64,000 bases of DNA from Octopus sinensis (GCF_006345805.1 NC_043006.1:83204001-83268000); one strand, 5' to 3'; shown: positions 1 to 13,479, counted from the stretch's first letter. Made by a program: numbers and translations. Notes: generated by a model not told the origin, from the sequence alone.

Positions 1-6
1 GTATAC

Positions 7-41
<35 letters not shown>

Positions 42-209
42 TGTATGTATGTATGTATGTATGTATATTCCTTCCTTTCATTCTTTCTGTTGGGTTACCT
101 CTACCGTCCAGAGACGGGCTATGTGCAAAACGTTCTAACTTTTACCATTTCCATTCATGAACCTGAAGATAATAACGATGAAAGATTGATGAATAAATAA
201 ATAGATAAT

Positions 210-285
<76 letters not shown>

Positions 286-314
286 AGATAGATAGATAGA
301 TTGATTGATTGATT

Positions 315-351
<37 letters not shown>

Positions 352-359
352 GAAGATAG

Positions 360-390
<31 letters not shown>

Positions 391-413
391 TATATATATA
401 TAGATAGATAGAT

Positions 414-502
<89 letters not shown>

Positions 503-515
503 TGATTGATTGATT

Positions 516-554
<39 letters not shown>

Positions 555-562
555 GAAGATAG

Positions 563-595
<33 letters not shown>

Positions 596-604
596 TATAT
601 ATAT

Positions 605-674
<70 letters not shown>

Positions 675-675
675 G
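1..675. repeat. Compound microsatellite block: (TATG)n, then (GATA)n/(GA)n/(GATT)n with an internal ~200-bp duplication
   Basis: Read directly. The GATT-GATA-GA-GGAA-GATA-TA succession occurs twice (~299-420 and ~500-620). Confidence 0.95.
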
Positions 676-1034
676 TGTGTGACGGTCTTAATGGTAACTT
701 GGATATCTCCCGCTCATATTGTAGACAAATAAAAAAAATGGCAATTAGTGAAATGATTTTTAAATTAAACGACGAAATAAATTTCAGCTTTTTCGTTGTT
801 CCATTAATTTATTAGAGGATACGCTCAGAAATATCAAATTTACTTTTCCTAATTTCGTTTGAAATGTAGTCTAAAATAAATTATCAGCTTCAATCGTTAA
901 TTACAATGGCAGTAGTAATTCTTGCCAGCAACATTAACATGGACGTCATCATCAGCAGCAGCAACAGCACCAGTATCATATTCATCGACATCAACACCAC
1001 CACCATCAACAAAACCAACAACAACATCAGCAGC

Positions 1035-1235
1035 TGTGGAGGCGCAATGGCCCAATGGTTAGAGCAGCTGACTCGCGGTCGGAGGATCGCGGTTTCGATT
1101 CCCAGACCGGGCGTTGTGTGTGTTTATTGATCGAAAACACCTAAAGCTCCACGAGGCTCCGGCAGAGGATGGTGGCGACCCCTGTTGTACTCTTTCGCCC
1201 CAACTTTCTCTCACTCTTTCTTCCTGTTTCTTGTC
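1035..1235 (+). mobile_element. tRNA-derived SINE, family B (other copies 17851-18150 +, 40853-41158 +, 46280-46528 -)
   Basis: A-box TGGCCCAATGG and B-box GGTTTCGATTCCC. Body (AAAACACCTAAAGCTCCACGAGGCTCCGGCAG...CAACTTTCTCTCACTCTTTC) is shared by four dispersed copies. Confidence 0.85.
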
Positions 1236-1929
1236 CCCGACTTCCTACGCAACCGCTGAGCCTGGATGCTCATTCATCCATCCGTCGATGCTCTCATTGT
1301 CGGGGGTTGACCTGCTTTCTCTACTGCGGGTTTTGCGAATAGCAAAGAACCACGTTTCGGACTTCTCCCACTACAGAGGCGCGATCTTGCGAGCTCTAGG
1401 ACGAAGACCGCTTTACTCAACAGCCACCACCACCAACATTATCATCAGCAGCAGCAGCACCAGCATCAGCATCATATTCATCGACATCAATACCACCACC
1501 ACCATCTTCATCATCGTTGTCGTCATCATCATCATCATCTTCATCGTCACCTCCATCATTTTCAGAGACATTGTCAGAATTAATAGAAGAAACGCTAGAG
1601 CGTCGGATAAATTGCTTTACGGTATTTTGTTTCGCCAACCTTAACTTTCCCTTTCATTCATCCGAGCTAGATAAAAAAAAGTACCAGTCAAGCTCTGGAG
1701 GGCTGATATCATCGATTCATATCGCCCCTTTTACCCGTATATTAAAGGAGGGATCGTTAGGGTGTCGAACAAAACGCCTTACGATATTTGTTCCAGTTCT
1801 TTGCATTCTTATTTCAATTCCCTTCAATTCCCTTCAATTCCCTCCTCCTTCTTCTTTCCAGGGTCAAGTAAGATTAGTGGGGTTAATTTCATCGATTAAC
1901 TCCTCTCTTCAAATATGCGATCTTGTGAA

Positions 1930-1986
<57 letters not shown>

Positions 1987-2685
1987 GCCTTTGCACGGCT
2001 TCTAACGCTGGAGATGTATTTCAGTGTTAGCTGTTCACTACCAGTGAACAAAGGTAACACCTCTTATTTTTCGAGCACCTTCCGGAGTATTCGAGCGGTT
2101 CCAAGCAGTGCTGTTTTCTGCAAGTGCTCCATCCTTATTGCAGCCCCTATTTGTTCTACGTACTTCTCGAGACTTTTGCTCAGTGTTCCCAGGGCTCCGA
2201 CAATTATTGGTTCAACTGCTACCTTTTTAATCGACCACAACAGCTTAACTTCCCAAGCTAACCTGTCATATCTCTCGACTTTTCTTTCTTCCTTATCGCA
2301 TACCTTGGTGTCAGCTGGGCATGCTATATCTATGATCCAGCACAGTTTGTTTTCTTTCTCAATTAAGACTATGTCTGGCTTCCTATTCTCTATCTCATAG
2401 TCGCACTGAATCATAAAATCCTGTAGGATCTTTGCATTTCTATTTTCGACAATGCCTTCAGGTTTGTGGTCGTACCAATTTTTTGCTCTGTCAAGTCCAT
2501 ACTTGTGTGCAAAGTGTCCAATGGACAAGCCTGGCTATATATTGTCGTGGCGTCTCACATTCTTTCTGGGCTAGTGGCGTATATTGGCTGGTAATATGCT
2601 ATACGGTTTCACCCTTTTGTCCACAGATTTTGCACTTATCACTTTCTGCTGTGTTGTCTATTCTATTTTTTTCTATTATTGTTGG

Positions 2686-2690
<5 letters not shown>
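1930..2690 (-). mobile_element. 5'-truncated R4/Dong-like non-LTR retrotransposon (CCHC knuckle and restriction-like endonuclease), inserted in (TAA)n
   Basis: Minus ORF 2064-2528 has KPDIVLIEKENKLCWIIDIACP...KVERY...PIIVGALG (PD..D RLE). Upstream frame gives KCKICGQKGETV*HIT. Both junctions are (TAA)n. Perfect 3'-UTR hairpin TGTTCACT-ACC-AGTGAACA at 2032-2050. Confidence 0.88.
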
Positions 2691-2745
<55 letters not shown>

Positions 2746-2747
2746 CA

Positions 2748-2792
<45 letters not shown>

Positions 2793-2805
2793 TATTATTA
2801 TTATT

Positions 2806-2852
<47 letters not shown>

Positions 2853-2912
2853 TATTATTATTATTATTATCATCCTTATCACTAAGGGGATAAGGTGGCA
2901 GAAGTGTTAGAG

Positions 2913-3177
2913 CAGTGGTTCTCAGCAGGATCCAAATGTCCCTTAGGGGTCCAAACGAGATTTTTCATGTTAAAATTTACGTGCAATAAACTGTATATAC
3001 TTATACAATAAACAAAATATTTTAGCATTTTTTTATATACAATTCCTAATAATATTTAATTATAAAAAATATAGGAGAATCTTGTAAACGTTGAATGGCT
3101 ATGGATGTCCAGTAAATTGAAATAAAGATCAAAGGCAAAATGAAGATCCATAGACAAAAAATGGATGAGAATCACTG
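2913..3177. mobile_element. hAT-type MITE
   Basis: Termini CAGTGGTTCTC / GAGAATCACTG (10 of 11 inverted match). TSD is degenerate. Confidence 0.6.
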
Positions 3178-3374
3178 AGTAAGTGGGTCAAAGAAATACC
3201 ATGCTACAATTGTTCCAACTCTCAGAATCCCGTTGAGGTCACGCTGGCCTTTCATCTCCCCGGGATTGATAGAATAAAGTGCTAATCAAGTATGGGTCGT
3301 TAATATCGATATGCTCCTCTCTCTAAAAATTTCTTGTCTTCTATCAAAATTTGAAACTATGTCGAAAGAGGTTA

Positions 3375-3830
3375 CGTGATAGACGAAACTAAATGGGCTG
3401 AAGACAGACACTTTATTCTTTGGCCAAACCCTTATCGAAATTTTAAATTCCATTTTAAAAGGAAGTTAAGAGTTGAGAAAGATGTACTGTCACCAACACC
3501 ATCACCATCAGTATATTTGTTGAAATGTGGGTGAATGTGGCAAGGATGGACTGAATGAATGGGCCTTCACTAAGCTGACACTTGTAGGCTGAGGAATACG
3601 GAGGAAGAGGAGAACATACCATGGTGCACCTGATAAGTAAGTTAGCTTGGATTCTGTGGAGTTCCTTGGTTGTCTTCAAGTGGTATATTCCAACTACTGA
3701 GGAATTTTGCTGTTGGAATTGTCTTGTAAATTGTTATTGTTTTTTTATTGCTCGCGCGTTCATCTGTAAACCCCACTGAGCTTCATTTTGTATTTTCCTA
3801 ACTAAATGATTGTTGTGGCCTTTGAAGAAA
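3375..3830 (+). mobile_element. 3' end of a probable Tx1/L1-clade LINE, related to 57925-58402
   Basis: Degenerate frame ...FKRKLRVEKDVLS...FVEMWVNVARM aligns by eye with the reverse complement of 58213-58400. Clade assignment is recalled resemblance only. Confidence 0.5.
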
Positions 3831-3842
3831 TAATTATTATCA

Positions 3843-4590
3843 TTAAAGCGACGAGCAGGCTGAATCGTTAGCACGCCGGGTAAGATACTTAGGGGTATTT
3901 CGCCTGTCGTTACGTTCTGATTTCAAATTCCGCCGAGGTCTACTTTGCCTTTCATCCTTTCGGGGTCGATAAATTAAGTACCAGTTACGCACTGGGGTCG
4001 ATGTAATCGACTTAATCCGTTTGTCTGTCCTTGTTTGTCCCCTCTATGTTTAGCTCCTTGTGGGCAATAAAGAAATAAATAAGTACCAGATACGCACTGG
4101 GGTCGATGTAATCGACTAGTCCCGTCCTTCAAAATTTCAGTTCTAATACCTATAGTAGAAAGGATTATTATTATCATTATTATTAAGGCAGTGAGCTGGC
4201 AGAATCGTTAGCACACCGGGCAAAATACTTTGCAACATTTCGCCAGTCTTCATGTTCTGAGTCCAATCCCATCAAGGTCGACTTTAACTTTCTTCCTTTT
4301 GGGGTTGATAAACTAAATACCAGTCGAGTAAATTTCAGGTCTTCCGTCTATAACAGAAAATATTATTATTTTAGCGCATAATTTCTTTGGTAGATTCGTT
4401 TAAAACATTGACATAATGTTTTGCAGTATTTACTTACGACATTTAGTTTTGCGCTTAAACCTTTCCGAGGTTAACTCTACCCTTCATTCTTCCGGGGTCG
4501 AAAAAGATTAAGTTCTAGTCGAATACTGGAGTCGACATAATTGACTAACTACCTTCCTCTGAAAATTGCTGGCCTTGTGTCTAAATTAGC
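3843..4590 (+). mobile_element. Cluster of family A SINE copies and fragments
   Basis: Repeated GAGTTCAAATTCCGCCGAGGTCGACTTTGCCTTTCATCCTTTCGGGGTCGATAAA-type core. Confidence 0.85.
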
Positions 4591-5036
4591 CAAAATTAAT
4601 TAGTTAACATGAGAAATATCATCTTGCTAATGAAGTGTTATGCAATTTTAATTTTCTCCATCTGCAACGTAATCTGTGCTTTTAGAGATAACATCACACT
4701 TAAATAACATGCATTCTTGTAGTGTCATATTTTGCCATTTATAAAAACAAAACTCAATGTACGTGTATATGTGTATAAGCGTTTATTTATGTCATGGTTT
4801 ATATTTCCGTATGTATCTGTGTGCATGAATGTGCATTTTTTCAACACATGTATGCATGATTACTATATCTGTGAAAAACTATATGTATTCACCTACTGTT
4901 ATGTATGTATGTACATGCACTTATATGTATATCTATATCTGTATGGTTATGATGCATGCACATTATTTTTATGGAATATATATACATACATGTGTGTGTG
5001 TGTGTGAGTGTGTGTGTGTGTGCGTGTGTGTGTGTG

Positions 5037-5077
<41 letters not shown>

Positions 5078-5164
5078 TGTGTACACAAAATGGCTGACGA
5101 TTAGCTTGGAACTCAAAAGTAACAACAAATTTGAATCAAACTGTCTTGATCCATCCATATATAT

Positions 5165-5392
5165 ATGGCGAGCTGACAGAAACGTTAGCACGCCGGGCGA
5201 AATGCGTAGCCGTATTTCGTCTGCCGTTACGTTCTGAGTTCAAATTCCGCCGAGGTCGACTTTCCCTTTCATCCTTTCGGGGTCGATAAATAAAGTACCA
5301 GTTACGCACTGGGGTCGATATAATCGACTTAATCCGTTTGTCTGTCCTTGTTTGTCCCCTCTGTGTTTAGCCCCTTGTGGGTAGTAAAGAAA
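5165..5392 (+). mobile_element. Family A SINE, intact. Other copies: 9942-10330, 32385-33005, 41688-41890, 43245-43410, 45800-46010, 56828-57075 (+); 5975-6110, 13860-14028, 18340-18500, 36980-37130 (-)
   Basis: Head GGCGAGCTGGCAGAAACGTTAGC, B-box-like GAGTTCAAATTCC, central GCCTTTCATCCTTTCGGGGTCGATAAA-AAGTACCAG, tail ending AAAGAAATA. The central block resembles the Meta/MESC SINE domain as I recall it. Confidence 0.9.
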
Positions 5393-5472
5393 TATATATA
5401 TATATATTCTTGTGTCTTCATCTACTGTTAATCACTCTGTCGTACGATGATTATAGTTTTTAGCTGAGTTAA

Positions 5473-5525
<53 letters not shown>

Positions 5526-6174
5526 TGTATGTATTTATGTATGCATGCATTTATGTTTGTATATGAAGTAACACAAATTATATGTTAGGCTGGTATTTTC
5601 TGGTTCTTTAGCTGCTTCGTTCGCCAATTCTTCAGCTGGAACACTACAATTGTAATTTTGTTTCCATTCGCTTTCTCAGGTCACGCTGAAGCGGACGGTT
5701 CTATGCATTCTGTCTGATGTCTACATCCTACTATGAATTTAGTTTTTAGCTGAGTTAAGTGTGATTAATTACTATCATCATTAATCGTTATATCTGTAAA
5801 CAGGTTGCGCATTTTATATCTTAATTACAATCTTTTCTAAATTCTACTCAAACTACCAGCCCCACACAAATTTCCAGTGTAACGCAGTTTGCAATACTTC
5901 ACAGAGGTTTCTGTTCTCCACACAGGCTACCACCTTCCAGGCAAGAAGAGATTGGTTGACACCGCCGGTCGTGGTAATTGACTGTTTTTTGTTTTTTTTT
6001 TATTGATCCGAAAGGATGGAAGGCAAAGATGATCTCGGTTGAATTTGGACTCAGAACCAGAAGAGACATCATAAAACTAACTCTTCCGACGCTCCAACGA
6101 CTATAACAATTCATAACGCTGTTACATTGTTGGATCTCAAAGTAGTGTGGATGGAAGGGACCGTCTGTGTGTGT

Positions 6175-6219
<45 letters not shown>

Positions 6220-6251
6220 TGGGTTTTCGTGATATTGGTAGTGAATTAGTC

Positions 6252-6598
6252 AAAGCGCATGGCTCAGTGGTTAGAGCATAGGGCTCACAATCATGAGGTA
6301 ATGGGTTCGATTCCTGGTCCGAGCTGTGTATTGTGTTCTTGAGTAAGACACTTTATTTCACTTTACTCCAGTTCATTCGGTTGTTGAAATGGGTTGCGAC
6401 GTTACTGGTGTCAAGCTATATCGGTCTTTATCTTTCTTTTGGATAACATCGGTGGCATAGAGAGAGGAGGTTGGTATGCATGGACAACTGCTTATCTTTC
6501 ATAATCAACCTTGCCTGGATTTGTGCCTCGGAGTGAAACTTTCTACGTGCAATCCCATGGTCATTCATGACCGAAGGGGGTGGTAAATTATGGGATGG
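6252..6598 (+). mobile_element. tRNA-derived SINE, family D, with CORE-like block
   Basis: A-box TGGCTCAGTGG, B-box GGTTCGATTCC, then GTGTTCTTGAGTAAGACACTTTA. Confidence 0.7.
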
Positions 6599-7615
6599 TG
6601 TTGCTCCGTACGGAAGTGGTGGTGTGTTGTCAGCGTAGGCTTGCATGTAGCTGATCATCACTGCTAACGCATATCTCAGTCACAATTCTCCTCTATCTAT
6701 AATAATTCGATTTAATGGTCAATATTCCGAGCTGAAATATGAGAAAGCTTCAACACGATGAATATTTCAATAATTTTGAGTGAGGAGTTCATTTGGTGGG
6801 CCGCCGTCGTTCGACAAGGAGGATACAGATGTTTGTGAGATAAAGTTGTTCCTTTTGGATTGCATTTATAATCGACACGACCGGGTTTCTACACAGTCTC
6901 CATGAATCTAATTTCACTCGAAGATATGTATCGACCCGAGATATTAGAAAATGGCATTTGCCTAAGATGTCACGCGATTGGATCGAACCCTTTATGAAGC
7001 CATCTTCTTTGCCACTTATAAATGGCGAAGTCGGTGGGTGGAAAAACAAGAACCATTCCTCAATCTCTTTTTAAGGGCTCCAACACATGTGGCATGAAGA
7101 GAGGATATTACTCTTAGGCCAATAACCTGACCCCTAATTGCTTAAAACCGAGTGTACCCCGCTAAGTGTACCAAAGACTATGAACTGACACACGTCAGTT
7201 GAAGTCGAGAAGTGCTTCTCGAACTGACAAATATCGGCGCCTATTATTAAACAAATAATAAAAATATTCGTGATAGTTTAGTCTTGACTCCCAATATTTA
7301 TCAATACGAAGACAGAATATGTGTCGCATCCAATCGAGGACGGTAGAGGATGATATAATGTGTCTGGTCGTTTGTGAGATCTCTCATGAGTGCTACAGGT
7401 AACATAGAATCCAGTATTTCTTCCGACTTATCCTTCTGAGTTCAAATACCGTCGGGGTCGATTTTGTCTTTAATCATAACATAAGTACCAATTAAACACT
7501 GGGATCGATGTAATCAACTTATCTTCTCCCTAGAAATTGATGGCCTTGTACCAAAATTTAAAACCACTATTAAGTATGCTTCTTTGACTAAAGCACCAGA
7601 AACGTATTCAAATGG

Positions 7616-7848
7616 AAGGCGGCGAGCTGGCAGAAACGTTAGCGCGCCGGACGAAATGCTTAGCGGCACTTCGTCTGACTTTACGTTCTGAGTTCAAATT
7701 CCGCCGAGGTCGACTTTGCCTTTCATCCTTTCGGTGTCGATAAATTAAGTACTAGTTACGCACTGGGGTCGATATGATCGACTTAATCCGTTTGTCTGTC
7801 CTTGATTGTCCCCTCTATGTTTAGCCCCTTGCGAGCAATAAAGAAATA
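7616..7848 (+). mobile_element. Family A SINE with an 18-bp target-site duplication
   Basis: AGAAACGTATTCAAATGG at 7598-7615 and 7849-7866 flanks a complete copy. Confidence 0.92.
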
Positions 7849-8394
7849 AGAAACGTATTCAAATGGCGAAAAATTTGCCTAAATAAATCCCCTGAAAATG
7901 ACAGACACGTAAACATTCAAACTGCACTTGATTAAACTTTAAAATGTAAGATTTACTTAATCACATTAATAACCCAAGTTTTCAAACACAGAAGACAAAC
8001 ATTCATGACGCGCCAATAATTATAATTCAAACAACACTGAGCAAGCAGACGAAACCTAACTTCATACGTATTAGACACAGTAATACAATTAAGAATAGAT
8101 AACCTAGAAGTGCAAAAGACAACACGTTTACTAAAATCAGCCATCTTAAAATTTCGGTGCGTGCGCGCGTGTATATGTGTATGTGTACACATATACACAC
8201 GCGCGCACATACACACATCATAATGATACAAATAAAGATCTCGCAAATATAATGAGAATATGTGTATGCATATATGTGTATATATATAAGAAAATATATA
8301 AATATAATGTATATATGAATGCATATGCACATATACATATGCATATATAGATATATATGTATTATATACATATACCTATATATATATATACATG

Positions 8395-8428
<34 letters not shown>

Positions 8429-8431
8429 GTG

Positions 8432-8467
<36 letters not shown>

Positions 8468-8536
8468 GTGTATATATACATGCTATATATATATACACAT
8501 ATACATATATGTATATACATACATTATATATGCATA

Positions 8537-8582
<46 letters not shown>

Positions 8583-9533
8583 TATATAATATATATATAT
8601 ATATATATATACCTATATGTATACTCATATATATGCATATACATATATAAGTATGTAGGTAGGTTGGTAGGTAGGTAGGTAGGTTGTTAAGTAGGTAGTT
8701 AAGTAGGTAGGTAGGTAGTTAAGGAGGTAGGTAGGTAGATAGGTACGTACGTACATACGTACGTACATAAGTATGCACACATATATATCGTATGTCTGTG
8801 ATAATTTGATATTACGATAATTTAAATATACATGTTACTTGCGTGAATAATTCGAATGGAAATCAGACGAGATTTCAGATTAGAAAAACATTGGAAACCA
8901 ATGAAAAGGATTTTAACATTTAAACGCGACTTATTGGATTAGTTCTGGAAGAAATGACGTCCTTCCCAGTTACTATATATTTAAATGCAAACAAGGAATC
9001 AACTAAAGAGACGACCTCATCTCTCTCTCTCCTTCTCTCTCTATCTCTCTCTCACACTCTCCCTCTCTCTCTCTCTCTCCCGCTCTGTTGCTCTCTTTCT
9101 TCTCTCGCTAACTCTATTTCTTGCATCGTATCTGACCTCCTGTCAATCCTCCATCTGATACTACGCTGTATCTCTAGTTGGAAAAGATTTACTCAAGCAC
9201 ATGTTTAAACTTGTTAACATTAATGAGATTTGGATGTTTCGGGAATTTTCCGCTCTGACGTCTAGCTTAAGTTTTACTGGCTTTTTTTTCCTCTCTCTTT
9301 TTCTTTTTTTTTTCCTTTTTTTTAAAAAATTTTCTCCTTTAATTTTCATTCTTCATTTTTTTTTATATTCTCTCCCACTCTCTTACGGTCTCTCCCTTCT
9401 ATGCATGCATATACACAAATACACCACACACCCCCATACACACACACCACACATATATATATATGTATATATATATGTATGTATGCATGTATGTATGTAT
9501 ATATATATATAACATATATATATTATATATATA

Positions 9534-9564
<31 letters not shown>

Positions 9565-10387
9565 GTAATGAATGTATTTATATATAGATGTTTGTACAGA
9601 CAGACAAATAGATAGATAGATAGATAGATAGATAGATTAGATAGATAGATAGAGATAGATAGATAGATAGATAGACAGATATAGTGACGCGGCGACTTAC
9701 GTTTCTATATAATAAACAAAGGCTCGCACAAATGCATATAAGCACACATAAACATAGACGTCTGAGCATGTTTTGTCATTAGTCCTTTATATTAAGCTTG
9801 GAAAAACAACAATCATGAATTCATGAATTCATTAGTCCATCAACGTTTCAACAACTGCTCAGAGTAAATTAATAAGGTGCATAATGACATGTTGGTCGAG
9901 CTCTTTGCAAAGAATCATAGCAATATTATTTTCGCTGATTAGGCGGCGAGCTGGCAGAATCGTTAGCACGCCGGGCGAAATCCTCAGCGGTATTACGTCT
10001 GCCGCTACGTTCTGAGTTCAAATTCCGCCGAGGTCGACTTTGCTTTTCATCCTTTCGGGGTCGATAAATAAAGTACCAGTTACGCACTGGGGTCGATGTA
10101 ATCGACTTAATCTGTTTGTCTGTCCTTGTTTGTCCTCTCTGTGTTTAGCTCCTTGTGCGTAGTAAAGAAATAGGTATTTCGTCAGTCTTTATGTTCTGAA
10201 TTCAAATTCTGCTGTGGTCGACTTTTCCTTTCATTCGTTCGGGATCGATAAAATAAGGACCAGTTGGACACTGGAGGCGATCTAATCGACTTGTCTCGCC
10301 CTCGAATTTGCTAAGACCGTGTACAAAAATTTGAAACCAGTATTGTTTTAGCTGATAATAATATCAACACGAGATCTGAATATTATA

Positions 10388-10874
10388 CACGAGGTTTGAT
10401 CAAAAGTATCGAAACTGTTTCTATGGTAACAGAGCTAAAGGATAAAGGATGCAGAGTGAAGACACTTGGCACAGATTGACTTTGAACTCTGTCGCGCGTG
10501 CCCAGTCATAACGTTCTCGCTCACATCCATTGTTTATAGCAGTCTTCCGAAATGAAGTGTATAGAGTGTTTTCTTATCAAAAAGAAGATCAGGCTTCAGA
10601 TGCGTACGATCTCCTTGATTGTACCGAGGAAGACGGAAACATTTTGAAACAAGTCATAACAGGTGACGAATCGTGGATCTATGGCTATGACTCCAAAACC
10701 AACAATATTTCAAGATATCAAGGAAATCCATGAGAATGCGACGAAGCACCTTCTTAATATCCCTAAAAACGAGTTCCATCAATTGAAACGATGCTATATT
10801 AAATGCCAAATTGATGCTTGATGTTGTTTTAATTTTATAGCACCAGTCCCGATACATTTTGATCAGACTTCGTG
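10388..10874 (+). mobile_element. Internally deleted mariner element
   Basis: TIRs CACGAGGTTTGATCAAAAGTATC and GATACATTTTGATCAGACTTCGTG, TA on the left. Residual ILKQVITGDESWIYGYD (first catalytic D motif). Confidence 0.85.
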
Positions 10875-10923
10875 AATGTTAAATCCGGGAAAAGTTCCAG
10901 GCGCAACTCGATATATATATACA

Positions 10924-11256
10924 CTATTGTGTCTGGGGAGAGTGATTTTCTTTTGGTGCCTTATTATGTAACACACTCACTGGTAAAATTTCCTCGTTTT
11001 TCTTATTTTTATTGTCCTAAAATTTTCGTTGCGTCTTGCAACCTTTTCGATAGTTTTGAGTCAAATCTATCGAAAAGGTTGCAAGACGCAACGAAAATTT
11101 TAGGACAATAAAAATAAGAAAAACGTGGAAATTTTACCAGTGAGTGTGTTACATAATAAGGCACCAAAAGAAAATCACTCTCCCAGACACAATAGAATAT
11201 GTTTCAACACACAAACTCATATAAAGAATCTTGCAAAGCAAATCCAAAAACGAAAT
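10924..11256. mobile_element. Fold-back element family A: 130-bp near-perfect arms, 13-bp spacer, ~60-nt one-sided tail; HHR motif in each arm
   Basis: Arms 10924-11053 and 11067-11195, tail 11196-11256. Solo diverged copy of arm plus tail at 14388-14587 (-). Confidence 0.85.
11066..11104 (+). ncRNA. Minimal type I hammerhead-like motif, variant core UCGAAAA (mirror copy 11016-11053 -)
   Basis: Stem I UCUA/UAGG; core U3 C4 G5 A6 A7 A8 A9; stem II GUUGC-AAGAC-GCAAC; GAA; palindromic stem III AAUU; U17. Confidence 0.55.
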
Positions 11257-11625
11257 ATATAATATATATATATAATATATAATATTATATATATATATAT
11301 GCTCAGATTCCACGCAGTGGGTCTCCCGTAGTTTTCCGTCTGACTTGGGGTCTTTTAGCGCGTGGTAAAATTTTGTATAAAATAGTGATGATGCTGTCAA
11401 ATAACGATGACTTCTCATCGAATTTATTTCCTGTACTGTATTATAACCAGTTGTAACAGCTTCTTATTATAAATATCGGATCTGCCGTCGAGAAAGTGCC
11501 GCGCATGTATGTCCTATCTCAGAGTTTGAGTGACGAAGTTTACGATTTTTGTGACGACATTGAAATTTATATATTAGATTGATTATTTGAAACACACACA
11601 CACACACATACATCTAATATGTGTG

Positions 11626-11659
<34 letters not shown>

Positions 11660-12007
11660 AATTAATGTAAAAAGACTTAACAGCATGTAAAAAGATAGGG
11701 CCGTCATTTGATACATACATACAATAAAATACATAGATATCTAGTCTATATTTTAATTCTTCTAGAAATAACAAATATATGGTTGATTCTGCATCTTCTC
11801 AAGCATTAACAGCATGGGAAAAATTATTTTTTCTTGTAAAGCTACCAGCTGCTAATGCATGTCCATTACCCCTTATCCACGCTATGGGTATTTGTCCAAG
11901 AGAAAGATGACCACCGTGATGAGTTGATAATGGTTGGCGCTAATGTCGAATGCAATGAACAGAAACAGATGATGCGAAACTCCTTACTGACTGATTAAGT
12001 GTTCTGC

Positions 12008-12140
12008 CAAGCCATAGCTTATAAGGCAAAGCCACAGCTTATAAGGCAAAGCCACAGCTTATAAAGCAAAGCCACAGCTTATAAGGCAAAGCCACAGCTT
12101 ATAAGGCAAAGCCACAGCTTATAAGGCAAAGCCACAGCTT
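12008..12140 (+). repeat. 20-bp minisatellite (ATAAGGCAAAGCCACAGCTT), about 6.5 units
   Basis: Six near-identical full units at 12021-12140 plus a partial unit. Confidence 0.95.
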
Positions 12141-13000
12141 GGAAGGCATGATTTGAGCACAGAGCGAAAAATGTCGGAACACTCTCGTCAATTTCCGCTA
12201 ACGACTCTGCCTCTTCGCCTTCTTATGTGGCGTAATTAGGTCTATGAAAAAGCCTCCTCGCAGCACTATCACCACCATCTCTACTATAAATACGAAGTCT
12301 TGTACAATCGTTATATATGTGCTGATTATAAGATGTTCTGTGTTAGTGAAAGGAATAGAAAAGCAATGTAAGACAATAATCCATTATGTCAAGGTCATCA
12401 AAAAGTAACCCAAGACGCTCAAATTAGGAGGACGAAATTTCCTACATTCCAAAGTCCACATTAACACTACACAAAACCCTCGCTACACAAAACGAAATGG
12501 ATTCCACGACAGGAACGAAAGCACGAGATAGGCTATTTAGCTTTTATCAGAAATCTCTGTTTTAAACAGACTCCGTTCGTTTTTCTCTCAGCGACAAAAT
12601 AAGGCCTGCTGTGAAAACATAAGAAAGATGTCAATAAGGAAAGCTGCGAACATACAGACTTCATTACTGTCAACGATTATAGTGTTAAAACAATTCTACC
12701 ATACTTCCATTTTCTGAAGTTACAAACCATCAAAACTCAACTGCCATAAGTTTTACTACATTCTTCCCACGTCATTTCTCTCCGTATTGAAAGAAGTGAT
12801 TCTGATTTGCGGACCGTTATTTATGAGTATATAGAGAAAATAAGCATACACAACAAATACCACCGCGACTACCATTATGTATATTTAACATTACTCTCGT
12901 CACCATATAATGTATGCTAAGTACAAATAATAAAGACAGACAAACACACACACACATATATATATATATATAATATATATGTCTATCGCTCGGACAACAA

Positions 13001-13060
<60 letters not shown>

Positions 13061-13181
13061 TGGTAAAAACGGTAAGATAACAAAAGAAAGAAAGAGACTT
13101 CAAATTATGTAAATAGAAATTTATCTGTAAATTAATATGTGACTAGGCTACTGAATAATTGTCACATATTAATTACAGATA
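13061..13181. mobile_element. Miniature fold-back of family G (22-bp arms plus 61-nt tail), lacking the ribozyme
   Basis: TATCTGTAAATTAATATGTGAC / GTCACATATTAATTACAGATA. GGCTAC-GAATAATTGTCACATATT also occurs at 38628-38652, just 3' of the family G HHR. Confidence 0.7.
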
Positions 13182-13447
13182 TATATATATAATATATTAT
13201 AATATGTATATCGTTTGACAACCAATGCTGGTGTGTTTCCGTCCCAGTAACTTAGCGGTTCGGCAAAAGAAACCGATAGAATAGGTACTAGGCTTACAAA
13301 GAATAAGTCCTGCGGTCGATTCCTTCGACTAAAGGCGATGCTCCGGCATGGCCACAGTCAAATGACTGATACAAGTAAAAGGGTAAAGAGTAAGAGTATA
13401 TATATATGTATGTATATATATATACTATATATATATATATGTATATG

Positions 13448-13479
<32 letters not shown>

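Noticed and set aside
143-195. Hammerhead-like CUGAAGA...GAAAGAUUGAUGAAU with AUUCAU/AUGAAU pairing
   Set aside because: Stem II is absent and stem III and stem I cannot be registered together. It may be a decayed copy but I cannot support it.
1035-1110. SINE heads as functional tRNA genes (also 6252, 17851, 40853, 44387)
   Set aside because: A and B boxes are present but cloverleaves are incomplete and continue into shared SINE bodies.
906-2005. Low-complexity ORFs (poly-S, I, T, D, L)
   Set aside because: They arise from compound trinucleotide tracts duplicated around a SINE and from the (TTA)n tail of the LINE.
12008-12140. Regular repeat resembling a CRISPR array
   Set aside because: No unique spacers, eukaryotic context and no cas genes; it is a plain minisatellite.
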